Shown: in pieces, positions 1-11,700 of the stretch
How the letters are laid out: each line of letters begins with the position of its first letter
Position numbering within the stretch: the stretch's first letter is position 1
Source: Macrostomum hystrix
Taxonomy: Eukaryota; Animalia; Platyhelminthes
Assembly: GCA_950097015.1 (NCBI GenBank)
Contig: CATNEN010000002.1
Span: forward strand, 7,068,001-7,132,000
Direction: 5' to 3'
DNA length: 64,000 nt
Translations under genes and position numbers: made by a program
The notes under the pieces: model-generated
Told to the model about the DNA's origin: nothing
The model's database searches: none
The model's input: only the letters and a program-made list of their open reading frames with translations

Positions 1-20
1 TTCAATGTGTACAGTCTGTA

Positions 21-113
21 GTGCGCGCACATTCCCTAAAAAATATATAAGGCATGTCAGCTCTAATTTTAGAACGACGATCCTTATATATTTTTTAAGT
101 ATTGTGCGCGCAC
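21..113. repeat. Inverted repeat with 32-bp arms (3 mismatches) and GTGCGCGCAC outer ends
   Basis: 21-52 GTGCGCGCACATTCCCTAAAAAATATATAAGG is the near reverse complement of 82-113. Confidence 0.9.
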
Positions 114-332
114 TATGAACTGTACCTAAATCTAAAATTAAATTGCTTACTTGACTACTATAAGTAGAGCAGTTAGCAGCATTTGTTTAATAATTGTCAG
201 ATAAATCTATGGCTAATTAAATAATTCTATCAACAAAAACAATAAAGTATAATATTATCAACGGGAGTAATCAGTCAATCAATACAATCAATATTCTTAA
301 CTATAGCATATAATATCAATTATAATAACATT

Positions 333-370
333 AGCGTATAAAGCGCGCACATGTGCGCGCTTTATACGCT
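333..370. repeat. Perfect 38-bp palindrome
   Basis: AGCGTATAAAGCGCGCACA|TGTGCGCGCTTTATACGCT, checked base by base. Confidence 0.95.
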
Positions 371-600
371 GCAGTAACATGCAGTCAAACGAATTCAATT
401 ATCCCTCCCTCGAAGGCCTGTGCATGTTTTCTCTGCGTGTTTTCTCTCTGTCCCGGCCCCCTTTATCTGCCCCACGGTGTTTTTCACTCACTATTTAAAT
501 ATTTAATAATATTTTATATTATTAATATAATATAAATTAAATATTTTATATAAAATCTTAAATAAAGCAGGCAGACAGACAGGCGGGCAGGCAGGGCGAA

Positions 601-3600
601 TCAATCAAAATTATGCTCCGCCACTGAGTGCAGCCGCCGTCGCTTTCCGGCCACCGGTCTACCGTGCAGGACTGCGTCGGCTCGTTGGGTGCTCGCCGCC
701 ACCTCCCCACTTCCACCAGCCAGGCTGCTGATGAGTCCCTGGGTCGGCGGCCTAACTATTGGTCGCATCTCTGCGTCACCTGATGGCACCACAAACCGGC
801 GGACAATATCGCGGCTGCGAATTACTGTGCCCATCTCGGTGGCCATCTGGGCATTGTGCCCATAATTGTACCGGATGACAGCTGCAGATGTGCCGTGCGC
901 TCTGGCGAACATATCCAGCTGCTCCGGCTCCATCATGAGCACTACGGCACAGAGGGTGCGACGCCAGTGCGTGGCCACATAGTGCCGACCCAGTACTCGC
1001 TGCCCGCCTGCGCTGATCATGCGGCTCATTGCCGACTGGCTGTACACACCGCCGAACACATCAATGAAGACGGTCGGCGACTCCGGTTGCTCGATGCCGC
1101 GAGCAGCAAGCGACGGCACGATATATTCGTCGTGCAGGCGCAGCAAGGCCTCGCAGAATATATCCGGCAGCACCATCCTGGCTGGGTCGCCGGAGTGTCC
1201 GACCTTGTGCGGCACTTCACGCAGCGGCAGGACGAGATGCGAGTGCCCAGCCAGATCGGCAGCGGACGGCCCGCTCCCCCCATCTGCACTTTGCGTGTGT
1301 TGGCGGAACAGCTGTTTTTGGTCGGCCGACGCGTTTCGCCGAACCGAACGGTCGACCAGGTGTCGCCGTCTCAAGTATATCCACGGCAGAAGTCGCAGTG
1401 CCTGCTCGACGCTGCAGTAGAAAAGCATCTCCTGCACTATCCGCCGCAGACATCCGGCGACTGAAGGCGCCATCATCTGCTTCGCCGTTGTCTTTAGTGT
1501 CATCAGCGATGCCATCAGCGACCACACCTGCTGCCTGCATGCCCCATTCGCCGTCGACTGGCAGTGAAGACCAGCTGTGTCTTTGGAGCATGATGAAAAA
1601 GCGGTCTCGACGGGCGAACACGGCATCAACCTCGTCTACGTTGACGTAGGTGTTCATAAATGCCACCTGCCGCTCATTGTGGCCAAGCTTGTAGACGGCC
1701 TGCATAGTATAAATGTGGTTGCGTTTACTTCTAGTAGATAGCAGCACGAAACCAAATAGAACTAACTGTCATTAATGCAGCTGCTGTGCAGCTATAGCCT
1801 ACCTGCTGTATGGCTCGGACATTGCCGAACTCGCCACGAGCCTGCTGCACCACGCTGCTAAGGCGGGCGATGAGAGCCTGCTCAGCCGCCAGCGGGTTGT
1901 TGGCCTTCTGCGCCAACTGCATTCTCCAGCAGACGCCACTGCCGACAGAGTCGACGTCCTCAATAGCAGGGCGCTCGGTGTCAGGCGAGGGTGAGTCGAT
2001 GCTGCAGAACAGCTCGGCTTCGCGCAAGCCAACGGCGGCCATGATGGCATTGGCGCCTCGCAGGCCCCTCACGCGTAGCCAGCCCTCCATGCAGCGGCAG
2101 ATGCTGACAAGCTCCTGGCACTTGCGCGCAGCAGTCGACTGGGCCAGCTGCATGGCGTCACCGACTGTTTCAGCGCTGAAGCAGTCCTGCACCCTGTCCG
2201 GCTGAAGCAGCAGGTCTGCAAGCGATATGCCCGCTCGCTGCCAGGTGCGTAGAAGCGTCGAGCTCACGGACCTGCTGATGTCGCGCCAACGCTGCTGGTG
2301 GCACAAGTTGGCCGCAATCCTGGCCCGCGATGGGTCCCTCCACCATAGCTCCCGCAGGCGTTCCACCGTTGCGGAGATGCTGGGCCGGTCACCCAACGGC
2401 TGCAGCAGCTCTGGTGGCACGGGCTTCGCAGGTGGCGACGTGCGAAAGTGTCGACAGCGCGGACCGCGACGCTGTTGCTGCTGCTTCTGATCGGCTGTCG
2501 ACGCTTCCTGCTGCAGTTCTGCTCCGAAGATGGACTTTTGAAGCCGGTCGAATTCGGCACTGGCCAGTTTTATCTTCAACGCAGCCCACCTTGCTGCAGC
2601 TGCTCGACGCTGCCTCGGCGGAGTAGCTGCCAGCTTCACTAGCGGCCTCTGTGCAGCCGACACCACAGCCGATGACGTGCTGGGACGATTAAGCGCCGAC
2701 TTAGTGGCCTGCACCGCCAACTGCAGACAGGCAGCCGAAGAGGAAGACTCTGCTGCCACCGTATGGACCGTCGACAGAGTCCGCATTCTGATGCTGGTTC
2801 CGGGCAGTAGCTCCTGCAAGCCGACATTGTCATCTCCATCGTCAGCGTCCTCCTGTGAGGACATTAGCAGCAGCGGCGCAGTCGGGTCAAATAGGCGTCG
2901 CCGGACGGCTGGACGGCTGGCTGACGACAGCCGAGCACTGGCCGCTGACTGTCGACCGTAAACGGACGGCGCGGCGATGCTGTAGAGCTCGGCCAACAGA
3001 GACCCAGCCTCGTATTCAGCTGGTTCTGCCTCTGAAGGCTGCTGCGGAGGCGGTGGTGGCATCTGCTGCGGAGGCGGTGGTGGCATCTGCTGCGGAGGCG
3101 GTGGTGGCATCTGCTGCGGAGGCGGTGGTGGCATCTGCTGCGGAGGCGGTGGTGGCATCTGCTGCGGAGGCGGTGGTGGCATCTGCTGCGGAGGCGGTGG
3201 TGGCATCTGCTGCGGAGGCGGTGGTGGCATCTGCTGCGGAGGCGGTGGCTGCTGGTGTTCCACAGCAACGGTAGCAACAACAGCTGGCACTGCTGGACAA
3301 CTGTGCTGCCTTGCTGTCCTACGCAGCACCTTGCCGCAGGCTGGGCACGCATGTACATGCTCAGTGTTGGCTGAGCTGCGCGTGTGGGTGCTGCACGTCA
3401 GGCAGAGCCAGACCATCTGGGCACGCTGCTTGGCTGACGCCGCTGCCCAAGATGCCTCGGACGGCCGCACCTTGACTGGGGCATCCTCGAGTCGGAATTG
3501 GCGCACAGCCTCCTCCGCGTGCCTCCTCAGGAAGTGGCGTTTCGGGTGCGTCTGCGGTCTGCCGTCGCCACAGAAGATGCAGCACGACTCGTTGTCTGTC

Positions 3601-3602
3601 AT
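601..3602 (-). CDS. Intron-containing tyrosine recombinase (Crypton-like). Model complement(join(601..1460,1528..1699,1803..3602)), about 943 aa; an alternative start at 3701 is in frame
   Basis: The C-terminal part has YR-type motifs: HKVG (candidate Lys), ATHWRR (H/T-x-x-R) and AHGTSAAVIRY, where the Tyr is 9 residues after the His as in lambda Int/XerD. The N-terminus has CIFC, CLTC and CPAC..HSC Cys/His clusters. Three ORFs join in frame through GT-AG introns 1802..1700 (phase 0) and 1527..1461 (phase 1). The second intron is less certain; a frameshift is the alternative. Confidence 0.7.
3040..3250 (-). repeat. 21-bp coding tandem repeat (PPPPQQM, about 10 copies) inside the YR gene
   Basis: Unit GGCGGTGGTGGCATCTGCTGCGGA-like, in frame in ORF 1731..3701. 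Confidence 0.95.
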
Positions 3603-4883
3603 AGCTATTGTTATTACAAATTGATGCAGTGCCATATAGGTGTATGAACTGAATTCAGTATGCATGCAACACATGCTATATACAGTCCGTTGTGCGTGCA
3701 TCTAAATAAATATATATATGCCCCTTTATCCCATTATGGAATACACTATTTTAAGTGTTGTGCGCGCACATTGTCCCGTACTGTTGTCATCGCTGCTGCA
3801 TTTATATTCGATTGAGTGCTGCGTTGAGCACATAAATCACTTATTTTTCTGTTGTCCCTAACAACAACAACAACAACAACAACATCCCGGCTGTAAAAAT
3901 TATAAGCCTCTGAATCATTTATAAATTTTAAAAACAATTTTTCATTTGCAATGTAGTACAATCAGCTCAGACATTCGATTTTCCAGTGAACAGCACACCC
4001 ACCCCCTCCAACTCGATCTTCCTCCCTCAAAAGCAGTGCCGAGCCAGCCAGACAGACCTGCAGATGGAAAGAGAGACGACTTCGATCGTCTTCAGTCTAT
4101 GGCCACAGGGGTGACATTATCGATTGGTTAAAGCAGACACACTGCTTCTCTTTTTCAAGGCAGAGCAGTGGCCTTCCACACCCTTTTACCATAGACTATG
4201 AATTTAGAGACAGGGCCGCCCCCTTTCGCTTTCGAAGGTTTAAAGAAAGGGTGGCAAGCAAAGTAGCAGTCTTTTAGTTTTAGCCCGGCCCAACTGCTCG
4301 ATCGAACTGCAGCTTACAGTCAAATATAATTCAGAGATTCATCCACAATTCGAATCAACAGTCTGCCTTCTATTTGCTTGGACTATATTAAAACAGGCTA
4401 CAGATATAATATCGACAGAGAGCCACAGGATCTATTATTATGTCAACAGCAAGCATTAGGATCTAATATATTTCTAGGCAGCTCAGAACTGCATAACACT
4501 TACAGAGATTTCTAATATATTATAATTATAGAGAACTGCATGCGCTATTATCTATTAGATTAACAGACCGATTGTTATATGTATACAAATACTAATTGAA
4601 GGGCCTATTATATATACAAAGACTAATCTGAGGGCCTATTATATTAACACAGCTTGTAATGCATATTTATGAACAGATACTTATATGGCCTATTTAAAAT
4701 ACATAGCCTTTTTCTTATTTGCAGCGCAACAGACAGCATCAGCAGAAGCATCAGCAGAAGCAACCGACAGCATCAGCAGAAGCATCAGCAGTAGCAGCAG
4801 TAGCAGCTCAGTAGCAGCTCAACAGCTCTAGCAGCATCAGTACCAGCAGCCAGCCCCATCTGCCCGTGCCCACTTCGAGGTGC

Positions 4884-5340
4884 AGCAGAAGCAGCAGTAC
4901 CAGCAGCCAACCCCGTCCGCCTGTGCCCACTTCGAGGTGAGATAAAAATTAAATTGTACAGCTGGATAGCATTAGTTAGCCTCAGCAACTATATTCGAGT
5001 AGACTTTAGCGTCGAAATTATATTCTAATTGCTTTTTTCCATGCTCATCCTCAGCTCAGTGCAGCTAAACCGGCCGGCACCAGCCAGCAGCATCAGTAGC
5101 CGAAGCCAGCCCCGTCCGCCTGTGCCCATTTGCCAAGCAGCAGCAGTAGCAGCAATAGCAGCAGTAGCAGCAGTTGCAGCACAAGCAGCAGAAGCAGCAG
5201 TACCAGCAGCCAGCCCCCGTCCGCCTGTGCCCACTTCGAGGTGAGATAAATATTCAATTGTACAGCTGGATAGCATTAGTTAGCCTCTGCGAAATATAAT
5301 CGAGTAGACTTTAGCATAGAAATTATATTCTAATTGCCTT
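4884..5340 (+). repeat. Direct duplication of about 150 bp with CAG/GCA-rich low-complexity flanks
   Basis: 4884-5035 matches 5184-5340; both copies contain CCCACTTCGAG|GTGAGATAAA. Confidence 0.85.
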
Positions 5341-5890
5341 TCCGTGTTTTTTGCTTGTCGTCGCTGCCGCCGCCAGTCAAAGTTAAATAAAATTATTGAA
5401 TGTCATAAGACATAGAGTCTGTGTCAATCAGTGTCAATCAGTCAGTCAATCGATCTCGAACGAAACAATACATTCAGTATACTGTACACTGCTGCTGCTC
5501 TAATGCAATATCAATAACGAGAGAAAAAGAGTGCTTGCGAGCAAATCCATAGAGGAAGCGTGGTCTTCCCAGTTCTAAAAATAGCTGCAGAGCTAGCGCG
5601 TGAATTTAAATACACTGTTTACGTTGTTATAAACGAGAGAAGATGAAAGTGATTTTAGGAAGGCCTTTATGTTCATTTTTTGTCTTAATCTGACTTCCGA
5701 ATAAATAAATCTAAATAGTAAGCTAAATGGAGCAGAACTGAACTGCTGCGCACTGAAATATAAGCGCTATACGAAAATTGCTATGTTTGCGTTTCAATGA
5801 GGCCCAAATGGCTCTCCGAAAAGACCGAATAATGAGTCGAAAAAAGCTGGGCAAAAATCTGAAAATTAGGAAAGTATATTGACATATTTG

Positions 5891-6855
5891 TAGACCTAGA
5901 CCTACATATTCCTAGACCTATTGCTGGACCTATTCCTAGGCCTATTCCTGGACCTATTCCTAGACCTATTTCTAGACCTAATCCTAGACCTATTTATGAG
6001 AGATACAATTCAGACTACTGACAACAGTAGAAAAGCAAAGACTTGGCTGCAAAACTCTCACATAACACTAAAATATATCTAAAATACATTAAAAGAGACT
6101 TCTGTGCACACTAAGAGTGGTGGGAGAGGACTGCGTGTGGCTATGGCTGACTGACGAAGGCAAACAAGCCAGAAACCGGTCTCGGTCTGCCAGCGCGAGG
6201 TTCGTTCCCCACTTTTAGTGTGTTACACTATTCCTAGACCTATTCCTAGATCTATTCATATCGACCTATTCCTAGACCTAGACCTATTCCTAGACCTATT
6301 CCTAGACCTATTTCTAGACCTATTCCTTGACCTATTCCTAGACCTATTCCTATCGACCTATTCCTAGACCTAGACCTATTCCTAGACCTAGACCTATTCA
6401 CAGACCTATTCCTGGACCTATTCCTAGACCAATTCTTGGACCTATTCCTAGACCTATTTCTAGACCTATTCCTAGACCTATTCCTAGACCTATTCTTATC
6501 GACCTATTCCTAGACCTAGACCTATTCCTAGACCTAGACCTATTCACAGACCTAGACCTATTCACAGACCTAGACCTATTCACAGACCTATACCTATTCA
6601 CAGACCTATACCTATTCACAGACCTATTCATAGACCTATTCTTGGACCTATTCCTAGACATATTTCTAGACATATTCCTAGACCTATTCCTAGACCAATT
6701 CCTAGACCTAGACCTATTCCTAGACCTATTCCTAGACCTATTCCTAGACCTATTCCTAGACCTATTCCTAGACCTATTCCTAGACCTATTCCTAGACCTA
6801 TTCCTAGACCTATTCCTGGACCTATTCCTAGACCTAGACCTAGACCTAGACCTAG
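5891..6855. repeat. 12-bp minisatellite (CTAGACCTATTC), interrupted by unique sequence at about 6005-6225
   Basis: Visible tandem array. Confidence 0.95.
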
Positions 6856-7527
6856 TCATCGACACATTTTAAATTATTTCAGTCATAATTATCGGGGCGT
6901 CGGAGAAGAGCAGGCCAATATAACGTTTATTCTGTTCAATAAAGTCATGGAAATAAATTCATACTGTGAAAATGCATGCACGTGAGCTGTAAATATGCAT
7001 GCATTAAGGTTTTTATACTAGCCTCTGTGAGGCATGAATTGGTCAATGCGTTGAATCATTGCAGGGACATTGAGGCAACGAGGTGGCAGCGTTGGGCAAG
7101 TTGCTCGTTACTTTCACGACCGCAACTTTTTATTTCCTTTTTTCTACCGGAAACAAATTATTACTGATAACTTTGGGTGCAAAATATGTACGTGGTGCTA
7201 TAATAGTTGCTATAGCAACAGTAACAACAAATCAATTATACTGCATTACAATATTTGCCGCAACCAAGTGGAAATTCATCGAAAAGGAATAACGAGATTG
7301 ATTTGGATTCGTGTTTTGGGAGCCTTAATTTGGAGTCTCACGTTTCTGTAGACGATTACACATTGCAACTTCCAAGAAGTTCCAACTTAAGCATTGCAGC
7401 AATCAACTAAGGACCGTGTTGATGTACCCGCAAATCACAATGTCATGCCATTTTCCGTTTTCGCTTTTCGTTTTCTCTTCTGAAAAGAGAGAAAAGAAAA
7501 TAGTTTTCTCTTCTCTTTTCTAAGTGT

Positions 7528-7718
7528 TATGCACTTAGTATAATGGTTGTCTGTGCATCGACAAGGGTATGAGAGTACTTGGCTAAAAAAACTAATTTCT
7601 AGGAAATTTGGAAATTGAGGCAATGAGGAAATTTGGAAATTTCCTAGAAATTAGTTTTTTTAGCCAAGTACTCTCATACCCTTGTCTATGCACCGACAAC
7701 CATTATACTAAGTGCATA
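7528..7718. mobile_element. Foldback/MITE-like palindrome with arms of about 80 bp and TA at both ends
   Basis: TATGCACTTAGTATAATGG...CCATTATACTAAGTGCATA; the arms are near-perfect reverse complements. Confidence 0.75.
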
Positions 7719-7803
7719 CATTTTCTCTGAAATCTAAAATTAGAAACCATATGATGTCGTTTTTTGGGTAGATAAACAGCCGTGTTGACGACTCTTAGGC
7801 TAC

Positions 7804-8181
7804 ATCGAACATGCGCGACGGTCGCCTAATAGGCAACTCCGAACATGTTCTTTGTTCCGAGAACATGTTCTTTTAAATTAATAAGGCTACTTAATGTATA
7901 TTAATGAATTAATAACATGAAGAAAAACTATGCCTTCCTTGGCATGAGGTCAACAAACAATACAGAGTTAAACCATGTGTGTGTGTTAAACCTCACTAGA
8001 AATAGTATGGGTTTAACTCTGTCTTGTTTGTTGACCTCATGCCAAGGAAGGCATAGTTTTTTCTTCATGTTATTAATTCATTAATATACATTAAGTAGCC
8101 TTAATCATTTAAAAGAACATGTTCTCGGAACAAAGAACATGTTCGGAGTTGCCTATTAGGCGACCGTCGCACATGTTCGAT
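7804..8181. mobile_element. Foldback/MITE-like palindrome with arms of about 175 bp
   Basis: 7804-7980 is the near-perfect reverse complement of 8007-8181; TAC flanks both sides (possible 3-bp target duplication, weak). Confidence 0.8.
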
Positions 8182-8407
8182 TACTGTCTCTTAGACCCTA
8201 TCTCTGTCAACACGGGTCATTCTGCTGAATCTCGCTTGACAAATTTTATTCTGACTCATAGGGTGCTTTTGCCCGTGCCGATAATGTACAGTATCAATTG
8301 TACATGCTGAGTGTACATTTACTGAATTATTTTCCTTTCCTTTTTTCGGGGGGGGGTGGTAAATCTAACAAGAACCACGTGATGGCATTTGTTTTCCATT
8401 CACTATA

Positions 8408-8416
8408 CTATATAGG
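8408..8416 (+). promoter_or_regulatory. Candidate TATA box of the small Cys-rich protein gene
   Basis: CTATATAGG about 185 nt upstream of the ATG at 8595; supported by position only. Confidence 0.3.
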
Positions 8417-8594
8417 CGGTCCGAGTCCCAAGTTTTCGCTTCTTTAGCTCGTATTCCACAGGTTGTCTGAGCCCAGCTCCGAACTCCAAAACTAGATCCG
8501 AGCTATTTAGTAATTGACTTTTCACCGAGTCAATTCACCTATTATCGAGTGCTGCGTCAGACAATAAGCTAACTATTTTTTCTGACCTAATCGA

Positions 8595-9004
8595 ATGATG
8601 GGTGAGTGATGTTGCTAATTGTTTCGTTATTTTATTATTTTTATAGATACATTTCAGCAGGTTATCGCATGTTAAACATTTGTTTTATCGACTCCGAACA
8701 TTGCCAAACAGCTTCGAAGCTCCTCATCAAAGCTGGGCTGCTTCTGATGCTGCTGCTGATCGCCGGCCCGATGCTGCTGCCCGAGGCCGGACCTCTAGGA
8801 GCCCTGGCCAGCTACGGTGCCTGCCAGAGCGGCTGCAACGCCGTCTGGGTGGCTTGCGTGGCCGCAGCTGGCGGGGTGGCCGGAGTCTCCACGGGTGGTG
8901 CCGCGGTTCCTGCCGCCATCTTGGCCTGCAACACTGCCAACGGGATCTGCATGGCCGCCTGCGCCGGTATCACCATCGCTGGAGCCGCCGCGCCGACGCC
9001 CTGA
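8595..9004 (+). CDS. Small secreted Cys-rich protein, join(8595..8601,8712..9004), 99 aa, of the YGxCQxGCN...ACN...CMAAC type
   Basis: ATGATGG|GTGAGT donor and AAACAG|CT acceptor join in frame. Hydrophobic signal peptide, then GPL..SYGACQSGCNAVWVAC...ILACNTANGICMAAC...APTP with 6 Cys. Confidence 0.85.
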
Positions 9005-10715
9005 GGAGTGGGCAGCAGTTTTCGTGACGATTTCAAGGCTACTCAGTGCCTCGTTATTCTTACATTTCAAATGCCTAAGCCACTCGCTCTATATTTAGTA
9101 TGGTCAACCAGATATCAAAGCACACTATTTTTTTATTTGAAATTATATACTGAAATCCGAGTGTCACAACATTTTAAATTTCAACTAAATTGTTTAAAAT
9201 TCACACCTAAAATATACTAGTTCAAAGGCTTTCGTAATGCCTCCATGTCACTTATAGAGGCCTTTTGTGCCACGTAGTCGCTTTAAAGTTTACAAAAAAA
9301 TAGTTTAGAATGAGTTGATCTTTGCAAAAGCATTTTTTCTGTTAAACCCTGATGTTAAATAATTCAACCACAGAAACAGCGCATTTCACAATGTCGATTT
9401 TCTCTCCGACTCCTGCAGAAGTTGATGCTACGCATAAGCAAAGCTTTAACAGTAGAAACACCACGGGGTATTTCAAATAACCACTGCCTACTGAACTACT
9501 GAAGCCGTCCGACATCAGCATCGTCGAGACATTCAGCGATTAACGATTAACGAGTAAGTTGGGAGTAGAAAACAAGCACGCATGCATTAGCGTCCGCGCA
9601 GTCATATTTATTGTACTCGTACGACTCAATGGCTGACTCAGCATTTGTTAGGAGATTAGGGGTGGGTGCTACAGCGCCTTGCATCAGTGAGAGAAAGTAA
9701 GCATTGGAAGTCTAAAGACAGCACAGTGGGGTGACATGGGTGCACGTGAACTATAGCCATGCAGATAGCAAATAGCGAGTATTGAAATGACAATAAACTA
9801 GCTGTTATAGAGTGGCGCGCAAATGGTACTTTTGCTAAGCTATCGGACAGATTCAATAAAGAAATTTACAATGTTTACAATTTACAAAATTAACCATAAT
9901 AGCCGACTTGATTACATGATCGATCTGCAATTCAGTGAGCGAAAATATGCCTATTTTGATGGTTTTGCCGCCAGTCGTGTAGACTAGAATCGTTGAATAT
10001 CTCGACGACGCAGCTGTTTTGCAATTGTGGAAGTTGTTTCATTGGATGGAGATGATAACATTCAGGATTTTAATTGTGATTGGTTGAATATGTTTGCAGA
10101 TGTAGAAAATGGAAATGTGGCTGTTTGAAATACCCCATGCTCTTTCTGGCGTCAATCCATTTGTTCTGTCAAACCCAGAAGTTATATAGTTAAACCACAG
10201 AGAAGCACAGTGAGGTCCGCCATTTCAGAATGTACTACTCGTACATTTTCTCTCCGATCCTCTTAGCCTGAGTCAGAAGTGGAGGCTACGAATAAGCAAA
10301 TGTTTAGAAAAGTCAAATTTTTATTGGGAGCCTCGGTGAATACAAGAGACACCTCGAGCCTTTGCCCCTTGACAACTAAATGATTGGGAAGTACATGTAA
10401 TCCCAGTGCAGTAATTGCTTTTTTTAATGTGAAAAACGTGAAAAGTTCCTATCCAGCTAGTGCATTTTTCTGAGAAAATCTGCCTTTAATAATTTTCCAA
10501 GAAACTAAGTTAACGTTAACGTTCACTTAACGTTATTTTTTATTTTTAATCGGCAATTAACAATGAAATACCCCGGGCCGGGCCAATCAGCAGTCAGTTC
10601 GCTAACCGGCAGGGTCGACCTGGCAGAGGAACAAGCGGCGCGGCCGGCACCCAGGCTTTGATGAGGGTTGGGGAGGGCGCTTGACTATATAACGACTATT
10701 GCGTTGTCATTTTGA

Positions 10716-11040
10716 TTCATCGTCGTGTGTCTTACCGTGTGTATCATCGTCGTGTGTTTTACCGTGTGTATCATCGTCGTGTGTCTTACCGTGTGTATCA
10801 TCGTCGTGTGTTTTACCGTGTGTATCATCGTCGTGTGTTTTACCGTGTGTATCATCGTCGTGTGTTTTACCGTGTGTATCATCGTCGTGTGTTTTACCGT
10901 GTGTATCATCGTCGTGTGTTTTACCGTGTGTATCATCGTCGTGTGTTTTACCGTGTGTATCATCGTCGTGTGTTTTACCGTGTGTATCATCGTCGTGTGT
11001 TTTACCGTGTGTATCATCGTCGTGTGTCTTTTCGCGTGCA
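10716..11040. repeat. 27-bp minisatellite (ATCATCGTCGTGTGTTTTACCGTGTGT), about 12 copies
   Basis: Visible tandem array. Confidence 0.95.
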
Positions 11041-11429
11041 TTTTCGTGCGTCTTCGTTGCAATCGTTGAACACATCCTAGTATAGATACCGGGACAGGTA
11101 AGCCGGTCCAACTAGTTAGCCAAAGAAAAACCCACACTCAATCCCACGTCAGTAAGTAGCTTGCGCTGAGCTCGGTACGTCTGGCCAACTGCTGACGGAG
11201 TGTTAGATAGGGATTGGCAAGCACGGAAGTACTCTCCATATCGCCGACCATCATCGGTGGGACGCCGTCAAATTGACATTGTCATGCCAAAGTGAAGCAT
11301 AAATATAGTCAGGGCAGCTGTGCGGTTTCTCTCATTTCAAATGTTCTTTTTATGAAAAAAGCTGTCAGTTCTTTACTTTCTTGTACCATTATAGGTCTAT
11401 GCATTTTTTATCCTCTGTTAGGTGTCCAA

Positions 11430-11700
11430 AGTTTGGCACAGAGGCCGATATTTCTTGTAAAAATGTCTCGCTGCTTGAACTGAACGGACTCCAGCGACAC
11501 TTCAGGAGAAATCGGACTCCATTTTCTACTTCTGACCAACACTGGGCAAATCCTATCATCGTAAGGAATTCTAGGTCTTACGGTCCATTATGTTTCACAT
11601 GATAAGTTGTGATCTCCCAGACGAAAGTTGAATAGAATGCTTCTACTTTCGGGGCAAAGAAAATGCATATATTTCTCCGTAGTAAAGTCTTTCATTAACT
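11430..11700 (-). pseudogene. Degraded 3' end of a non-LTR retrotransposon ORF2 (Zn-knuckle region)
   Basis: My translation FNFRLGDHNLSCET*..RPRIPYDDRICP / EVENGVRFLLKC resembles the FRLxxHxLxIETGR...RICxxC..VEDExHFLLxC tail of LINE RTs; it has a stop and a frameshift. Confidence 0.7.

Larger units (their letters stand above)
93..3769 (-). mobile_element. Candidate YR-encoding DNA transposon bounded by 21-bp direct repeats
   Basis: TTTTAAGT(A/G)TTGTGCGCGCAC occurs at 93-113 and 3749-3769 (20/21 identical) and encloses the whole YR gene. Confidence 0.5.

Noticed and set aside
856-1464. 202-aa plus-strand ORF
   Set aside because: Antisense shadow of the GC-rich YR exon; no motif recognised.
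6398-6872. RS/RN-repeat ORF resembling an SR protein, and the antisense DLFL ORF
   Set aside because: Pure translation of a 12-bp minisatellite with no RRM or splice context.
10685-11137. Several overlapping repeat ORFs, or a possible CRISPR-like array
   Set aside because: Head-to-tail 27-bp units with no unique spacers; no cas genes; eukaryotic context.
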